A stretch of DNA of 64,000 bases from a bacterium (GTDB taxonomy: Bacteria; UBA8248). The stretch is from contig OZ242260.1 of assembly GCA_965207065.1 (NCBI GenBank), forward strand, positions 320,001-384,000, given 5' to 3'. The notes under the pieces were generated by a model, which was not told the DNA's origin, made no database searches, and saw only the letters and a program-made list of their open reading frames with translations. Made by a program: the position numbers and the translations under genes. Shown here one piece after another: positions 9,713-20,879 of the stretch (its first letter is position 1; each line of letters starts with the position of its first letter).

Positions 9713-11656
9713 CTATTCCCCGATCCTATAGAAAAATATCTGGCTCCTCACTCCGGCGAACGGGCCCGAACTCGCCGTCGCCACCACCAGATCGTCGGAA
9801 CCGTCGTTGTCCGCGTCGCCGAATGCGAAATCCACGACCCCGCTGTTCAACTTCCTGGTGCGCCAGGTTTCACTTAACCCGCCACCCTCCCAGAGCAGAC
9901 TCGCTATTTGTCCCCCGGAAACGCCTAACCCTGGCGCAATGGCAGTACTGTATTCGTTGCGAATCACCAGAACTTCATCCACACCGTCCCCCTCGACGTC
10001 TTCGATCATCACGCGCGAGCGTATTGGGAGGTCCGGCGTGTCCGCCTGTTCTTCGCTGCGCTCGGCACCGGCCTGGGAGAAGAACTTATGGACCGCCGCG
10101 CCGTATTTTTCAGAGCTTGAGTAGACCTCTGCGCCGCTCCTCGAGAACACCCGCAGCCTGTCGTCGTTGCCCACCTCAATGACCTCCTGCGCGCCATCCT
10201 TGTTGATGTCCCACAAGCCGAAACCCAGTATCGTCAAATCGGGCGGAAGCGGATAAGGAGCGGCGGACATGAGTTTCCCGCCCGACCAGCGATAGCTGCG
10301 GATGGGACCCTCGAAAGCCTCGTTGAGTCCCTCGCTCTGGCCCAGGAGCAGGTAGGTTTCCGAGTCAGGAAACTTCTCTCCCCTCTTTGGCCGCCGCACC
10401 CGTATCAGGCGATAAAAAGTCCTGTCGTTCCTGACGAGGGGCGTGAACTTACCATTTTTGAACTGCAGGATCATCGAGAACAACTCGTTCGAGCGGTAAG
10501 AGGCGAGGTAGAACTCGGGCGCACCGTCACCGTTCATGTCGGCGACGTCGATCCATCTGAAATCGTTCGCCGCTCCCCCTTCGAAACGCGCGATCTCGCG
10601 CAATCGATTCCCATCGAAGCGGTTGACTATGACCTGAGTCTGCGTGATGAGGACGATTTCGTTCTTCCCGTCTCCGTCCACGTCCGTGAGGGACAACCCG
10701 CGCAAAGCGACCTTGTCGAACGAGTAGCTCTTCATGCCGTCGGCCTTGCCGGGCGAGCCCTCTCGGGCAAACACGAAACTCTCGTTCGCAGGTCCCGCGC
10801 GTTCTCGGCCCCCGCGCCTCAGTTCCTGCACCCTGGGCGCAAGACCCTGATCGAAGGGCAACTCGTCCGCAATCGCCACAGCCTTGAAGAGTTCCTCCTT
10901 CGTGGTGAGGGATAAAAGGCGGGTGGAGAATATCTTCCTCCCCCGGATCTCGCGCAGTTCGTTCTGGAGCGCCATGTCGCCCCGCACCTGGTTCCGCAAG
11001 TGTATGGGGTTTTTGTTTTCAAGAATTTGATGAGAAGCGATGCCCGTCTCGAGGAGCCATACCTGCAGCCTGTCCATGTCGTAAACATCGAAGCGTCCGC
11101 TCCTCAGGAGTTGACGACTCAGCTCCCTCGTAAGCGTTTCCGTGCTGACGGCCTCTTTCGTTCGGTTGACGAAAGGAAGTATCGCCAGGCGGATTTTCGC
11201 GGCGGACATGCGCACCGTGTCCCTGACGCGCGGGGAGAGTCGTCCGCCAGGCGCCAGGCGGACCAGACGCGCGATGGAAAATTTCTCCCGCACCTCGACG
11301 ACTTCGATCTCGCCGATCTCCTCTTCCAGCTTGCCGAGTATGACGCCGCTCGCCGGGTGCCGGAACGGCGCGCCCTCGCGGTAGACACCCAGCTTGACGC
11401 CCTTGACCACCTCATCCTTCTCGCCGAGGCTCAGGTAGAGATCCGCCCCCTTGACGGCAACCACCGAGCCGCTCAGATTCGGAAACTTCCGGTTCAGCTT
11501 TTCGCTGATGAGGCCTAAGGCCTTGCGGTAATCGTTCTCCTGGGCGTGAGTCAAGCCGCCGGATCCACCGAGGAAGATTATAAAAAACAACAGGACGAGC
11601 GGCGCCTTCGCGACGATGCGAGAGAACATGAAAAACCTCATTATAGGGATACTCAC
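9713..11656 (-). CDS. Secreted FG-GAP/VCBS-repeat (beta-propeller) protein with N-terminal FlgT/CsgG-like region, copy A
   Basis: Signal peptide; repeated DxDGDG motifs (DVDGDGKNE, DMNGDGAPE, DINKDGAQE, DVEGDGVDE, DADNDGSDD); start could be a few codons later. Confidence 0.8.
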   Translation of the reverse strand: MSIPIMRFFMFSRIVAKAPLVLLFFIIFLGGSGGLTHAQENDYRKALGLISEKLNRKFPNLSGSVVAVKGADLYLSLGEKDEVVKGVKLGVYREGAPFRHPASGVILGKLEEEIGEIEVVEVREKFSIARLVRLAPGGRLSPRVRDTVRMSAAKIRLAILPFVNRTKEAVSTETLTRELSRQLLRSGRFDVYDMDRLQVWLLETGIASHQILENKNPIHLRNQVRGDMALQNELREIRGRKIFSTRLLSLTTKEELFKAVAIADELPFDQGLAPRVQELRRGGRERAGPANESFVFAREGSPGKADGMKSYSFDKVALRGLSLTDVDGDGKNEIVLITQTQVIVNRFDGNRLREIARFEGGAANDFRWIDVADMNGDGAPEFYLASYRSNELFSMILQFKNGKFTPLVRNDRTFYRLIRVRRPKRGEKFPDSETYLLLGQSEGLNEAFEGPIRSYRWSGGKLMSAAPYPLPPDLTILGFGLWDINKDGAQEVIEVGNDDRLRVFSRSGAEVYSSSEKYGAAVHKFFSQAGAERSEEQADTPDLPIRSRVMIEDVEGDGVDEVLVIRNEYSTAIAPGLGVSGGQIASLLWEGGGLSETWRTRKLNSGVVDFAFGDADNDGSDDLVVATASSGPFAGVRSQIFFYRIGE

Positions 11657-11849
11657 TTAAAGTGGAAACTCCGGCCGTGCATCCTCCACCCGGCAACGGA
11701 GCATGGCTCCCGTTTATCAATCAGCCGTCATATGAAATCGAAGACACAAAGCCCCGAATCATCAAAAAGAACTATACCGCATAATAAGCAGAAAACATAT
11801 CGATTCTCACCATGCGGAAAGCGATTTCGTCTAACGCAGGAGGTGTTTC

Positions 11850-11945
11850 GCCTCGAAGCCGGGCAAGTCCCGCCTCCCTTTGAACTTTTGGTGAAGAGGC
11901 AAGTCGAACCCGCAGGTCTATCTCGCGTGTTTTCGCGCTCCGGAT
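11850..11945 (-). pseudogene. Remnant of the 3' end of the TMTC-like TPR gene (duplicate of about 41446-41540)
   Basis: Translates GARKHAR*TCGFDLPLHQKFK versus GAQKHGREAERFGSPLHPKLK; the intergenic DNA towards the FG-GAP gene is also homologous. Confidence 0.75.
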
Positions 11946-11994
11946 ACAAGGCCGGTGAAATTAAAGAACATCGGATTACAAACTGTCGAAGATG

Positions 11995-12604
11995 AGTCAT
12001 AGTCCTCGGACAACGATTTGGTGTGGTGACATTCAATGAAACCATCCCCTCGTTCACAATACATCGTTGAGAAGTCAAAATCGCACACCTCACACTGAAG
12101 TTTTCTGCTTCTTTGATGACAAGAGCCTTCTTACGTTTAACTAGTTTCGTGTCTCGCTCACGGTAACGATGCATCCTTGTGAGGAGTTGACCTTCCTCAC
12201 CCTCTTCTTCCCCATCGGACAGGACTTCTTTGGAAGGAATCGGATCTTCTGACGCAACTAAAGATCGAATGCTTTCTGTCACACTTGTGAGTTCTGAACG
12301 ATTTGAGATGTAAAGGTTTCCAGACGATCTCCTCGTCTTTGTTTCCTCGTTGGAGACCCTTTCCTTCGTAGTTTGGATCGAACCGACGAAAGTTCATCAG
12401 TTTCATATACACCCCGTTTGTGTTCCGAAATGTATCCGAGGGATTCCCCCTTAACTTTACTGCTAAAGAATTTAAGGAATCGCTGAGGTCCCTAATTTCA
12501 ACAGATTGATTGCCAGGAATAGAGGGGGTGTAACGGACATAAAAATCAAGGGCGAGGATGAGTTCGTCACGTGACCAAGGAGGATTCCTCATGATTAGCT
12601 CCAT
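11995..12604 (-). pseudogene. McrA-like HNH endonuclease, frameshifted and truncated
   Basis: RNPPWSRDELILALD..GVYMKLMNFRRFDP; then HRYRERDTKLVKRKK, CEVCDFDF, GFIECHH in shifted frames; second half of the HNH motif missing. Confidence 0.75.
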
Positions 12605-12696
12605 CGATTGGCTCAGTTCGAATGCTAGTGTGGGTAAACAATTGTATGTGTCTACGTGATTACCAGCTTTCCTTTTGGATTCATTTTAGCAATTTC

Positions 12697-13410
12697 CTAC
12701 TTCACAACATATGGATTCTTCCAACCCATTTCACAGGAAATCATGTCATGCCGCAGTTTTTCGTTCGTATCGACCGGATCGTCTTTGTCCCATTGTTTCA
12801 TCAGATCGATAAAATCATCACTTAACTTCAGATGATACTTCTCAAGCATATACAGCCAAACACGGGCAATATCTCCTCGGATAGATTCCATAGGTTCCGC
12901 TTTTGTATTGGATACCTCAAAGTCACACGCGCCGTATTTCCGTTCTTCTTTGGGGATTACACCATGAAGCTTGTCGATACGATCCCCATTAAGTTCGCCA
13001 ATAGCAGGGACAAGGTTAAACAAATCACCTTCGGCTTTCTTATACCCGTCAACTTTCCTGCATTCTTTACGCGTTAGGTCTTTGCAATTGAACCCTGACG
13101 CGATCCATTCAGCAGGAACGATATGTTCCCATTCAATTCGTAATGCCCTTGCGTTTGGTTTACCTTTCTTTGTTACAAGCCGCTTTGCTTTGTACCCACA
13201 GGCGAAACCAATCACCCAGAGGTTTCCCTTCCGTATCAATTTTTCTTCTTTCGTGGCTTTACGGTAAGGACATCTACAGTAGAAGCTGGATGGCCCTATC
13301 TCCCACCAAAGTTTTTGGGCGGTATTTTTAGCATGTTCAAAACTTGTTGGTGGTTCAGCAAATGCCGGCATGGCAACTAGGGCAATCATAATGAACGTCA
13401 AGAAATACAT
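12697..13410 (-). CDS. Secreted endonuclease I (EndA/Vvn family) DNase
   Basis: Signal peptide; FYCRC, RIEWEHIVPA, DLFNLVPAIGELNGDR, RGDIARVWLYM motifs; low GC. Confidence 0.88.
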   Translation of the reverse strand: MYFLTFIMIALVAMPAFAEPPTSFEHAKNTAQKLWWEIGPSSFYCRCPYRKATKEEKLIRKGNLWVIGFACGYKAKRLVTKKGKPNARALRIEWEHIVPAEWIASGFNCKDLTRKECRKVDGYKKAEGDLFNLVPAIGELNGDRIDKLHGVIPKEERKYGACDFEVSNTKAEPMESIRGDIARVWLYMLEKYHLKLSDDFIDLMKQWDKDDPVDTNEKLRHDMISCEMGWKNPYVVK

Positions 13411-13460
13411 TGTGTCTTCCTCCAATGATAGTCAGTGCCGCTTAGCCAAACTGGAATATA

Positions 13461-13580
13461 TTTATCCAAACCGGCGACGACGTGGGCGAGGTGACGGGCG
13501 CGTTCTTTGGAGCACAGCACGAAGGAATTGGCGGTGTTGTCGAGAGAGACGATATGTCCGCTGGATTCGGAGAACGCGGC
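13461..13580 (+). pseudogene. Orphan C-terminal fragment of a transferrin-binding-protein-like (TbpB barrel) lipoprotein
   Basis: FIQTGDDVGEVTGAFFGAQHEGIGGVVERDDMSAGFG resembles the G.FYGP..E.GG...FG.K end of TbpB-type barrels. Confidence 0.55.
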
Positions 13581-13692
13581 AGGAAATACAAGAATGCCGG
13601 AGTGGGGACGGCCAGATATAATGCCCGATTTGCAACTTTTTCACTCCAATAATCAAGCCTGGAGTATGTCGATTATTCCTGGTCCTTATCGT

Positions 13693-13875
13693 TCATGATC
13701 TCTCCCGGTTCATGAAACCGTCAAATGCTCCTTCGATTTTCGCTATACGCTCTATTACGTTGGACACCTCACCCCGAAGACCGGATATGTCCTGATGAAT
13801 CCACCTATATGCCGTTCCAGTTGCACCCAGAATAGTGATCAGGATTATGATAACACCAATCCATGTATCGGCCAT
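13693..13875 (-). CDS. Small membrane-anchored coiled-coil protein
   Basis: N-terminal TM helix then heptad-like LRGEVSNVIERIAKIEG; GGAG RBS upstream. Confidence 0.55.
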   Translation of the reverse strand: MADTWIGVIIILITILGATGTAYRWIHQDISGLRGEVSNVIERIAKIEGAFDGFMNRERS

Positions 13876-14213
13876 TTCACAATCTCCCCTTGTCCGGTTC
13901 CATACTCCCGATTATGTCATTATTTATCAAGACCCTTTTCAATACTTGCGATATTTCTACTTATCGAGAAGGTGTTAAGAATTTCCCGTATCGGGATAAT
14001 CCTGGATGGTGTTTTTGAGGTTTATCCCATGCTTGTCAACTCAAAGTTAGAGGGCAGCACCAAAATCGAGTGCGGCTACACCCCCAATCCTTTAAGAGAT
14101 GTTTCTAGCCTCTTCATCTCCCTTATAGAAACAGAAAGAATGTCTCCGCCGCATGTTGTCCAGCCCACGCGATCGTAAAAACGTCGGCGCCATACCCGTC
14201 CGGATATTCGATC

Positions 14214-16498
14214 TCACGTTGTATCCGGGATACCGGGCCGCTCGACCGTGTAGCCGAGGCTCTCGTAACCCTTGACGCGCTTGCCGCCCATACGCCTGAG
14301 TGCCAGCACGGCGTCGTCGATATAGTCGTAGACCAGCACTTCGCGTTTTTCCGGATGAAGCCTGTGCAGGCGGCCGATGTACTGGGCCAGCGTCCCTTTC
14401 CACGACACGGGCATAGCCAGAAACAGCGTGTCGAGGCGGGCATCGTCGAATCCCTCTCCGATATAGCGGCCGGCCGCGACGAGTACCCGTTCCTCGCCGT
14501 CGGGAATATCTTCCAGGCGCTTCATGATCTCGCGGCGCCCTCTCGTCCCCATTCCGCCTCTGAGAAGCAGGACATTTCGCGCGAAGCGCCGGAGCCTCCC
14601 GGCAAGTTCGCCGGCGTGGTCCTTGCGCTCTGTGACAACGAGGGGGGAGCGTCGCGCCTCAAGCGCCGCCAGCAAGTCATCGATGATTAGTGCGTTGCGC
14701 TCTTCATCACCTGCCAGCGCGGAATATACCTCCTGGATCGGCGGGTGCTCGGCTTCGATGCCCGCCGGCAGGCGGAACCGCGTCGGACGCAGGATGGCCC
14801 AGTGCCGGAAAGGGTGGCGACGCGCCTCAGATTTGGCGCTCGCCCGGTAGCGGATGGGACCGCACTGCATGAAGACGACCGGGTGATGCCCGTCCTTGCG
14901 CGTGAGGGTCGCAGAGAGCCCGAGCACGTACTTGGCCCTGGCGCGTCGCGCCACCGCCTCGAAACTGACCGCCGAGAGGTGATGGCACTCATCAATCACG
15001 AGATGCCCGTAGTCGGCGACGAGGTCGGCCACCACGTTTTTGCGCTCCAGGCTCTGGAGCGTGGCGACGTCTATGACCCCGCCGCGCTTGCGTACGCCGC
15101 CCCCGATTCGGCCGGTGGCGGACACCGGAATATCCAGAAAAACCCCCATTCGCGCGATCCACTGCTCCATCAGCTGGCGGCGATGAACGAGGACGAGCGT
15201 GTTCACGCCGCGCTCAGCTATCATCGATGCCGCGACGACCGTCTTGCCGAACCCGGTCGCGGCGGCGAGCACGCCGGTCTCGTGCACGAGCAGGGAACCT
15301 GCGGCTTTCCGCTGCTCCCGGGTCAATTCTCCGGGAAACGCCGTCTCGACGGGGCGGCCGGGGTTTCGCTCATCACACAGCGTCAGGCCGACTCCGGGCT
15401 CTTCGAGCAATTGCCGCATCGCCTCGAGGCAGCCGCGCGGAAGCGCGACGTGACGGGAGAGAAGCTCCGCGCAGGCGACTATGTGGGGTATACCGAAAAT
15501 GGAGAGCCGCATCGCCTGCGCCCTGTAGAACCCGGAGTTCTGGAACGCCGCCAGGCGAACGAGCCGGTTGATAAGACCCGCCGGCAGTCCGGCGCACGGG
15601 ATGTAGAGCTGATCCGCCAGGACGGTTTTTATCCGCTCGGGCAGCGTGCCTGCGATCGGAAGCGCAGGCCTTCGCCGCGAGGGCGGCGCGCTCCAGGGCT
15701 CCTCATCCTCCTCATCCATCGGCAGGCGCAGACCGAGGACCCGGCCCTGGAAGCCTGCCGCCTCCACGATGGCCGCGGTCTCCTCAGGCGTCAGGCGGCG
15801 GAGCGAGGAGAAGAACGCCCATTGGTCCTTATGGCGCAAAATCATCATCAAGGAACACGCTGTTGCCGTGCTTGCGCGGACCGCCCTGTAAGGGCAGCGC
15901 GATGAGGTTCCCGAAACCCCCCTCGGGCAGGGTGTCCTGGCTGGGAAATAACCGGTCGTAGGAAGAAAACCCGATATCGGGGTTGTTCTCCATCGCTTCG
16001 GTCAGGAGATGTGAACCCAGCCTGCGGGCCAGTGGCGCGGGCACGGGTTCGGTGAAGAATATCCAGACGTGTCAGCCGTTTCCAGAACGCGAACGCTCGA
16101 GCGCCGCGGGCGCCCCCTTCGAGCAGCAGGCGGCCAGGAACGCGCCCGCATCGCTACGCCAGGTCGCTTTATCGAAATCGACGGCCAGAAACCTGCATTT
16201 ACTGTCCGCCAGCATGGGATGGACGCCCAGCGTCTCGCGGCCGCGCAGGTGAGAATCGGTCGCCTCATCGGTGACGAGGCGAAAAGCCTGGTTCGGGCAG
16301 GCGCCGCACCTCATCCTGGGCTTCTCGCACAGGCGCGGATTCCATTCATTCTCGCATACCGGCGCTTAGCCGGCTCTTCGGGTGCGGGCGTTCTCCCAGC
16401 GCCTGGGATAGACGTCGTCCCTGTCGCGAACCCGCGCGGCTTCTTCGGCCTTGCAGACTTCGGGGGTCAAAGGGGTTTCCCTCTATCTTGCCGCTCAT
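14214..16498 (-). pseudogene. Primase-like (AEP/TOTE-type) domain fused to SF2 DEAD/DEAH helicase; disrupted
   Basis: CRFLAVDFD, ERSRSGNG*HVWIFF, YDRLFPSQD..GGFGNLIALPLQ; helicase AATGFGKT, DECHH, GLSAT, EGFDDARLD, QYIGRLHR; stops at about 16072 and 15829 plus frameshifts. Confidence 0.8.
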
Positions 16499-16562
16499 AG
16501 CGGTTTGGGGCCGTGAGACCCGGGCGTGTACGTAACCACATGATTCCCTGCCATAACGGGCG

Positions 16563-17710
16563 CTACCGGTACAACTTCGCCAACCGCTCGATGAATCGCT
16601 TCTTCCGGGCATGCCGCAACCGGAGCGCGTCCACTCGCTCGAAAAAGCGCGGTGTCGCGCCGGCCTCCTCCGCCAGTGCTCTTAGGTCGTAAAGCAACGC
16701 CGCCGCCCGGTCGTAGCCGTGGAAGTCGCGTTTGTCGATTTCATCCTCGACCTCGCGCCACACTGCTTCTCCCCTCGCAAGAAGGGCGTCGAGACGCACG
16801 CGCCTCTCCTCTTGCGCCTGCCGTTCCTTCCGCGCGCGCTCGTCTTCTCGCCGCTGCGCTTCGGCGGCCTCCCGCTCTTCCCAGATCACAGCCGCGCGCG
16901 CCCGCAACTTGGACACCCTGCGGAATCCCGTCTGCATCATTCCGCTTTCAGGCGACACGGCTTCCCGGACGCGGCTTTGCACCTCCACCCCCACGTGGGG
17001 GTCGCCCCCGGCTAGACGATGAAGCCACTCTGTCTTCTCCGCTTCCGGCATTGACGCCAGGGCGGCGTGTACGGCTTCTGGTGAAATACTCTCCTCAGCG
17101 ACGCCCGCCCGCCGGGGTCTCTGCAGCCGCCCGGACGAGGTCCGGGTCGATGCGGAAGAATTCAGCAAAAGCTTCCAGCCCGCCGCTCAGCGGGCCGATG
17201 CCCGAGAGCGGCTCGAGCTCGTCATCTCACACCCCGTCGCATTCCACCGCATCCAGCCAGAGCAGGTAGGGCATGCGCATGTCCCCGCCGAGCACCTCGG
17301 CCCTGAGCGGAGCCAGGGCGGTGAGCCAACCCGAACCGTCGTCCGGTTCAACGTAACCCGATTCTTCGTCATCCGTGAAAACGTCGAGGATCAGGTTCTC
17401 GCCCGCGTCTATGAGTTCCACGAGGTTCGAGTCGCGCAGAAAAAAAGACGAGCCTGTCCGGAACGACGAGGCGTTTCGGCAGCCGCATCATGAAGTGCCT
17501 CGTTCCCTGGTCCGCGAGGTAGAGATGGAGGTCGAACCAGCGTTCCATGAGGTGTAGCGGATCGCCCCGGAAGTCGCCCCAGTCGTAGGAATTGGTGAAA
17601 CTCGTCGCCGTGATCCGCGCTCGCGTGGACATCGCCCGCAGCGCTTCGATGTCCTCTGCGCCGAGCGGGCGATCTATCGCCTGGAACTCGTAGTATTGGT
17701 ATTCGATCAT
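16563..17710 (-). pseudogene. Conserved hypothetical protein (EYQYYEFQAIDRPL family), frameshifted
   Basis: N-terminus EYQYYEFQAIDRPL..STRARITATSF, middle LAPLRAEVLGGDMRMPYLLWL, C-terminus YDRAAALLYDLRALA..HARKKRFIERL, split over three ORFs. Confidence 0.75.
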
Positions 17711-18437
17711 GATTCGACCTACCGGTAGCCAGCCATTGCGTCATCCACCGGAATACGGTTTATATCCCCGGGTTTGCGGTTGATGGCAACTTATGGCGCA
17801 TTCCCGGCGAAAACGGAAGAAATCGCCTGTACAAATCCTGCAATTCCCTTCCGCATTCTCCTGTCGGGTTGGCCGGGTCAAGTTGATCTGCCCAGGTTCT
17901 GTGCCCGAATCACTTAATGAAGTCCACCCTCTCATTATTTTCTCTGAAATTACAGATTACCGCCGAAACCGCTCTGTGCCCAATTTACAGAAGGCCTCCG
18001 CTTCAACCCGGCTCTTTCAAACCAGATTCATGACGATCCTTCCAGCCAGTTGTAGACAAGGCTCGAGATCAATGGCGCCAGTACCACTATGATTTTGTTC
18101 GCAAACAAAAGAATATTCTGATTCGTTGAGCCCCCAGCAAATACGGATTGAAAAGTGTGGCCTGCAGTATGCGCCCTTCGCGCCAATCGCCAGACCGGCC
18201 AAGCGATCACAACCAGAGCGGTCAGTGTATAAGTCATGCCCCCAAAAAGCGTCATCTCATCTCCATAGTTCTGCAGTTTCTGTAATGCAGATCTCTGATG
18301 TTCCTTGATGCCGTCTCCCAATCCGCTTCCAAATATCCGTCTGCCCTTCCCTTGAAATTTCCCCTAAGGTAGGGCAGTGATAATGAAAAATAAATGTTTT
18401 TCGCGTATTTCTTCGGGGTTTTGTCGTGCAAATGATC

Positions 18438-18665
18438 GGGTGGACGCTCCCTTCTGGCAGTATCACACTGTGGCGGGGTGACATCGTTTATCACCCGGAA
18501 GGCACACATGGATCGAGTTTCCATCATAGGTATCGATCTGACAAACCGGAGCTTTCAACTCGACGGAGTACGCGCGGACGGGTCGGTCGCGTTCCGGAAG
18601 AAGTTGAGCAGGGCGGAGGTGTTGGGTTTTCTGGCTTCGCAGTTGAATTGTCTGGTAGCGACGGA
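18438..18665 (+). mobile_element. Truncated IS110 (IS1111-type): left end plus first ~50 codons
   Basis: gtggacgctccc..ctggcagtatcacactgtggcg..cccggaagg matches 34650-34722; MDRVSIIGIDLTNRSFQLDGVRADGSVAFRKKLSR. Confidence 0.85.
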
Positions 18666-18863
18666 TACTCCCTTCTCCATTACCAAGGCAACCTCTGGCA
18701 GTTCGCTATCGCTAACTTGATAAGATTACTCGTGTTCTGCATTTTATAATCTATTGGAACACAAACGATTGTAATGCTGCAAAAAATCATGTAGTGCCTC
18801 ACTTTGAAATTCGGTGGTGTTTCAGGTTGAAAATGACAACAAATATTTCTATCCATTTTTCTG

Positions 18864-18893
18864 TTGACATTTTTACGATGATGCGACTACATT
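18864..18893 (+). promoter_or_regulatory. Possible sigma70 promoter
   Basis: TTGACA, 18-nt spacer, TACATT in an AT-rich intergenic region. Confidence 0.4.
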
Positions 18894-19105
18894 TTCGATA
18901 GCAAACGTTATCCACGAGAGAGAACACAAGATGGACTTGTTTGAAATCCTGATTTTAATTCAATCTTATGGCGTTTTGGCTGGTGTATGGTATGGAATAT
19001 ACGTGATGAACGCCAACGCCAAACAGCGTGCAGGCGAGTTTGAGAAAAGGCATGAGGAATCCATGCTTGCCCTCCGAACCCTGATTGAGCGAACAGGAGG
19101 ATGAT

Positions 19106-19465
19106 GTGAAACTGAAACTCACCATTTCATTGCTGATGCTCATCATAGTCAGCGTCATCGCGGTTGCAGCACAGCCGCTTCCAAGCAGAGCGCCTACAAG
19201 TGCGGTTGGTGCGGGAGTTGTGAAACAAAAGGGACTCGATGATACAAAGGGACTTATATTTGTTCCTGTTGATCCTAGAATGCTAAAGAAATGGAAATTA
19301 TCAACTATTTCTGGAGCGGGCAAATTAGTTTACCAGGCGTTAGACGTAGCGACGAAAACTGAGATAACTGTCCTCGAAAGAAGATTGACAGAAATAGAGA
19401 AATCTATCGCTAAAATGCAGGGCTCTCTTGAAGTTATCCTGAATATATTGGCCAATGGGAATTGA
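19106..19465 (+). CDS. Secreted hypothetical protein with C-terminal coiled coil
   Basis: GGAGG RBS then GTG start; signal peptide; heptads LERRLTEIEKSIAKMQG. Confidence 0.6.
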   Translation: MKLKLTISLLMLIIVSVIAVAAQPLPSRAPTSAVGAGVVKQKGLDDTKGLIFVPVDPRMLKKWKLSTISGAGKLVYQALDVATKTEITVLERRLTEIEKSIAKMQGSLEVILNILANGN

Positions 19466-19800
19466 TATGACTACTGGCCCATAAGGACAGAAAAGACCGA
19501 GCGACGCCATCGGTTACATTGTAACAGTCGCCAAGGTCGCCTCTTCGAGTTCCGCTCTTAGAATTTCGTGAATCTTCGCCAGATCCGCAATGAAATAGGC
19601 ACCATAAAGTCCCGAATTTTCAGGTACGCCACTCCCCTTTCTCGACGTTTGCCAAGACGAGGATTCTCGGTTCATTACAGTCGAACATCAACTCTACTCG
19701 ATCGAAACAGAACGGCCTGACGGAACGTCCCTCCCTCCCGTTTCTTCCGAGGAGGCCGCGACACGTGGTGGGTTGCCTCCTTACGGACGGTTCAGTGGAA

Positions 19801-20553
19801 CTATTTGTCTCGGAACCAATCCTCGACTTCGGTGAAGCCACCATAAGCGATTAGGCCTCCAAAAGAGATCGATGCTGTCGCTAAGGGATTGGCAATTCCG
19901 CTCAGGAAGTTGGCTCCGGCTAGCCCGACTCCTCCGAAGAGCTTCGATAAACCCCATCCCAAGCTTGCAGTACGCTCTTTCAGGTTATTTCCTCTGTTCA
20001 GAGTATTGCTCGCTCTTGAGCAGAGAGATTCAATGCTGCTGCTCAGCTTGTTCGTCTGGTAATCGGCCAGCCATCCACCAGGATTCAAGGCGATGTTATG
20101 GCGGTGGGCGATCATAAGCAGCAGAAGGAGTTCCCGTGACTCATCTGAGAACCCGGCGCGCACAAGAATCAGCTCTTCCTTCACAAGAAAGTCTGCAAAC
20201 CTAACTCCAACCCTCGCGGTTTTTCTTGCATCCGCGACATGCCTCAACACTCTTGAAGAAGCGTGTCTCTCAATGTGCTCGATTACCCGTCGCAAGGCGC
20301 GTTGGGAGGTTTCGCACGAGTGCCGGAGAGCTTCCAACAATTGGGCGTGCTCGAGGTTTCCGAGGCGAAATTGAGCAACAGCAAGTACGCGAGATACCCT
20401 ATTGAACGTGTCAACGACCGATTTAAGCGAATTGATGTCAATGCGGTCTTGCTGGGCCGCCAAGTCTCCGGGTGAGTAGAACAATATGCCGACGAGTAGA
20501 CCCATCATAAGTAGCCTTTTCATCTTGCGGCTTGGCTCGATTTTCATAGTCAC
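19801..20553 (-). CDS. Secreted/membrane hypothetical protein
   Basis: 250-aa ORF; signal-like N-terminus; Gly-rich hydrophobic C-terminal helices. Confidence 0.55.
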   Translation of the reverse strand: MTMKIEPSRKMKRLLMMGLLVGILFYSPGDLAAQQDRIDINSLKSVVDTFNRVSRVLAVAQFRLGNLEHAQLLEALRHSCETSQRALRRVIEHIERHASSRVLRHVADARKTARVGVRFADFLVKEELILVRAGFSDESRELLLLLMIAHRHNIALNPGGWLADYQTNKLSSSIESLCSRASNTLNRGNNLKERTASLGWGLSKLFGGVGLAGANFLSGIANPLATASISFGGLIAYGGFTEVEDWFRDK

Positions 20554-20879
20554 TCTCCCAGAAGGTGGCTGTGGTCAATCCATTTGGAGTTTGCCAGGCC
20601 TCGATCCGTAGGTTGGAGGCTCGGATATACACCCTTCAAGCCGGGGTCAATCACCGGTTTCTTGGTCGGCGATTTCAGAGAGTTTGACTTGAGGACGGTC
20701 GGGAAACCGGTCGATGAGCGAGAGACTGTCTCCCATCGCCTCCACCATCCTACGTAGAGCCAAGGGACCCAGCTTCATACTACACTTCTGCTGCTCCGAT
20801 CAAGGCAGGGCCAGGATATCGACTGCTACCACGAGAGCCATTGACCCGGTTGTTTTTTTAGACGGATTTAGACAGAGGG

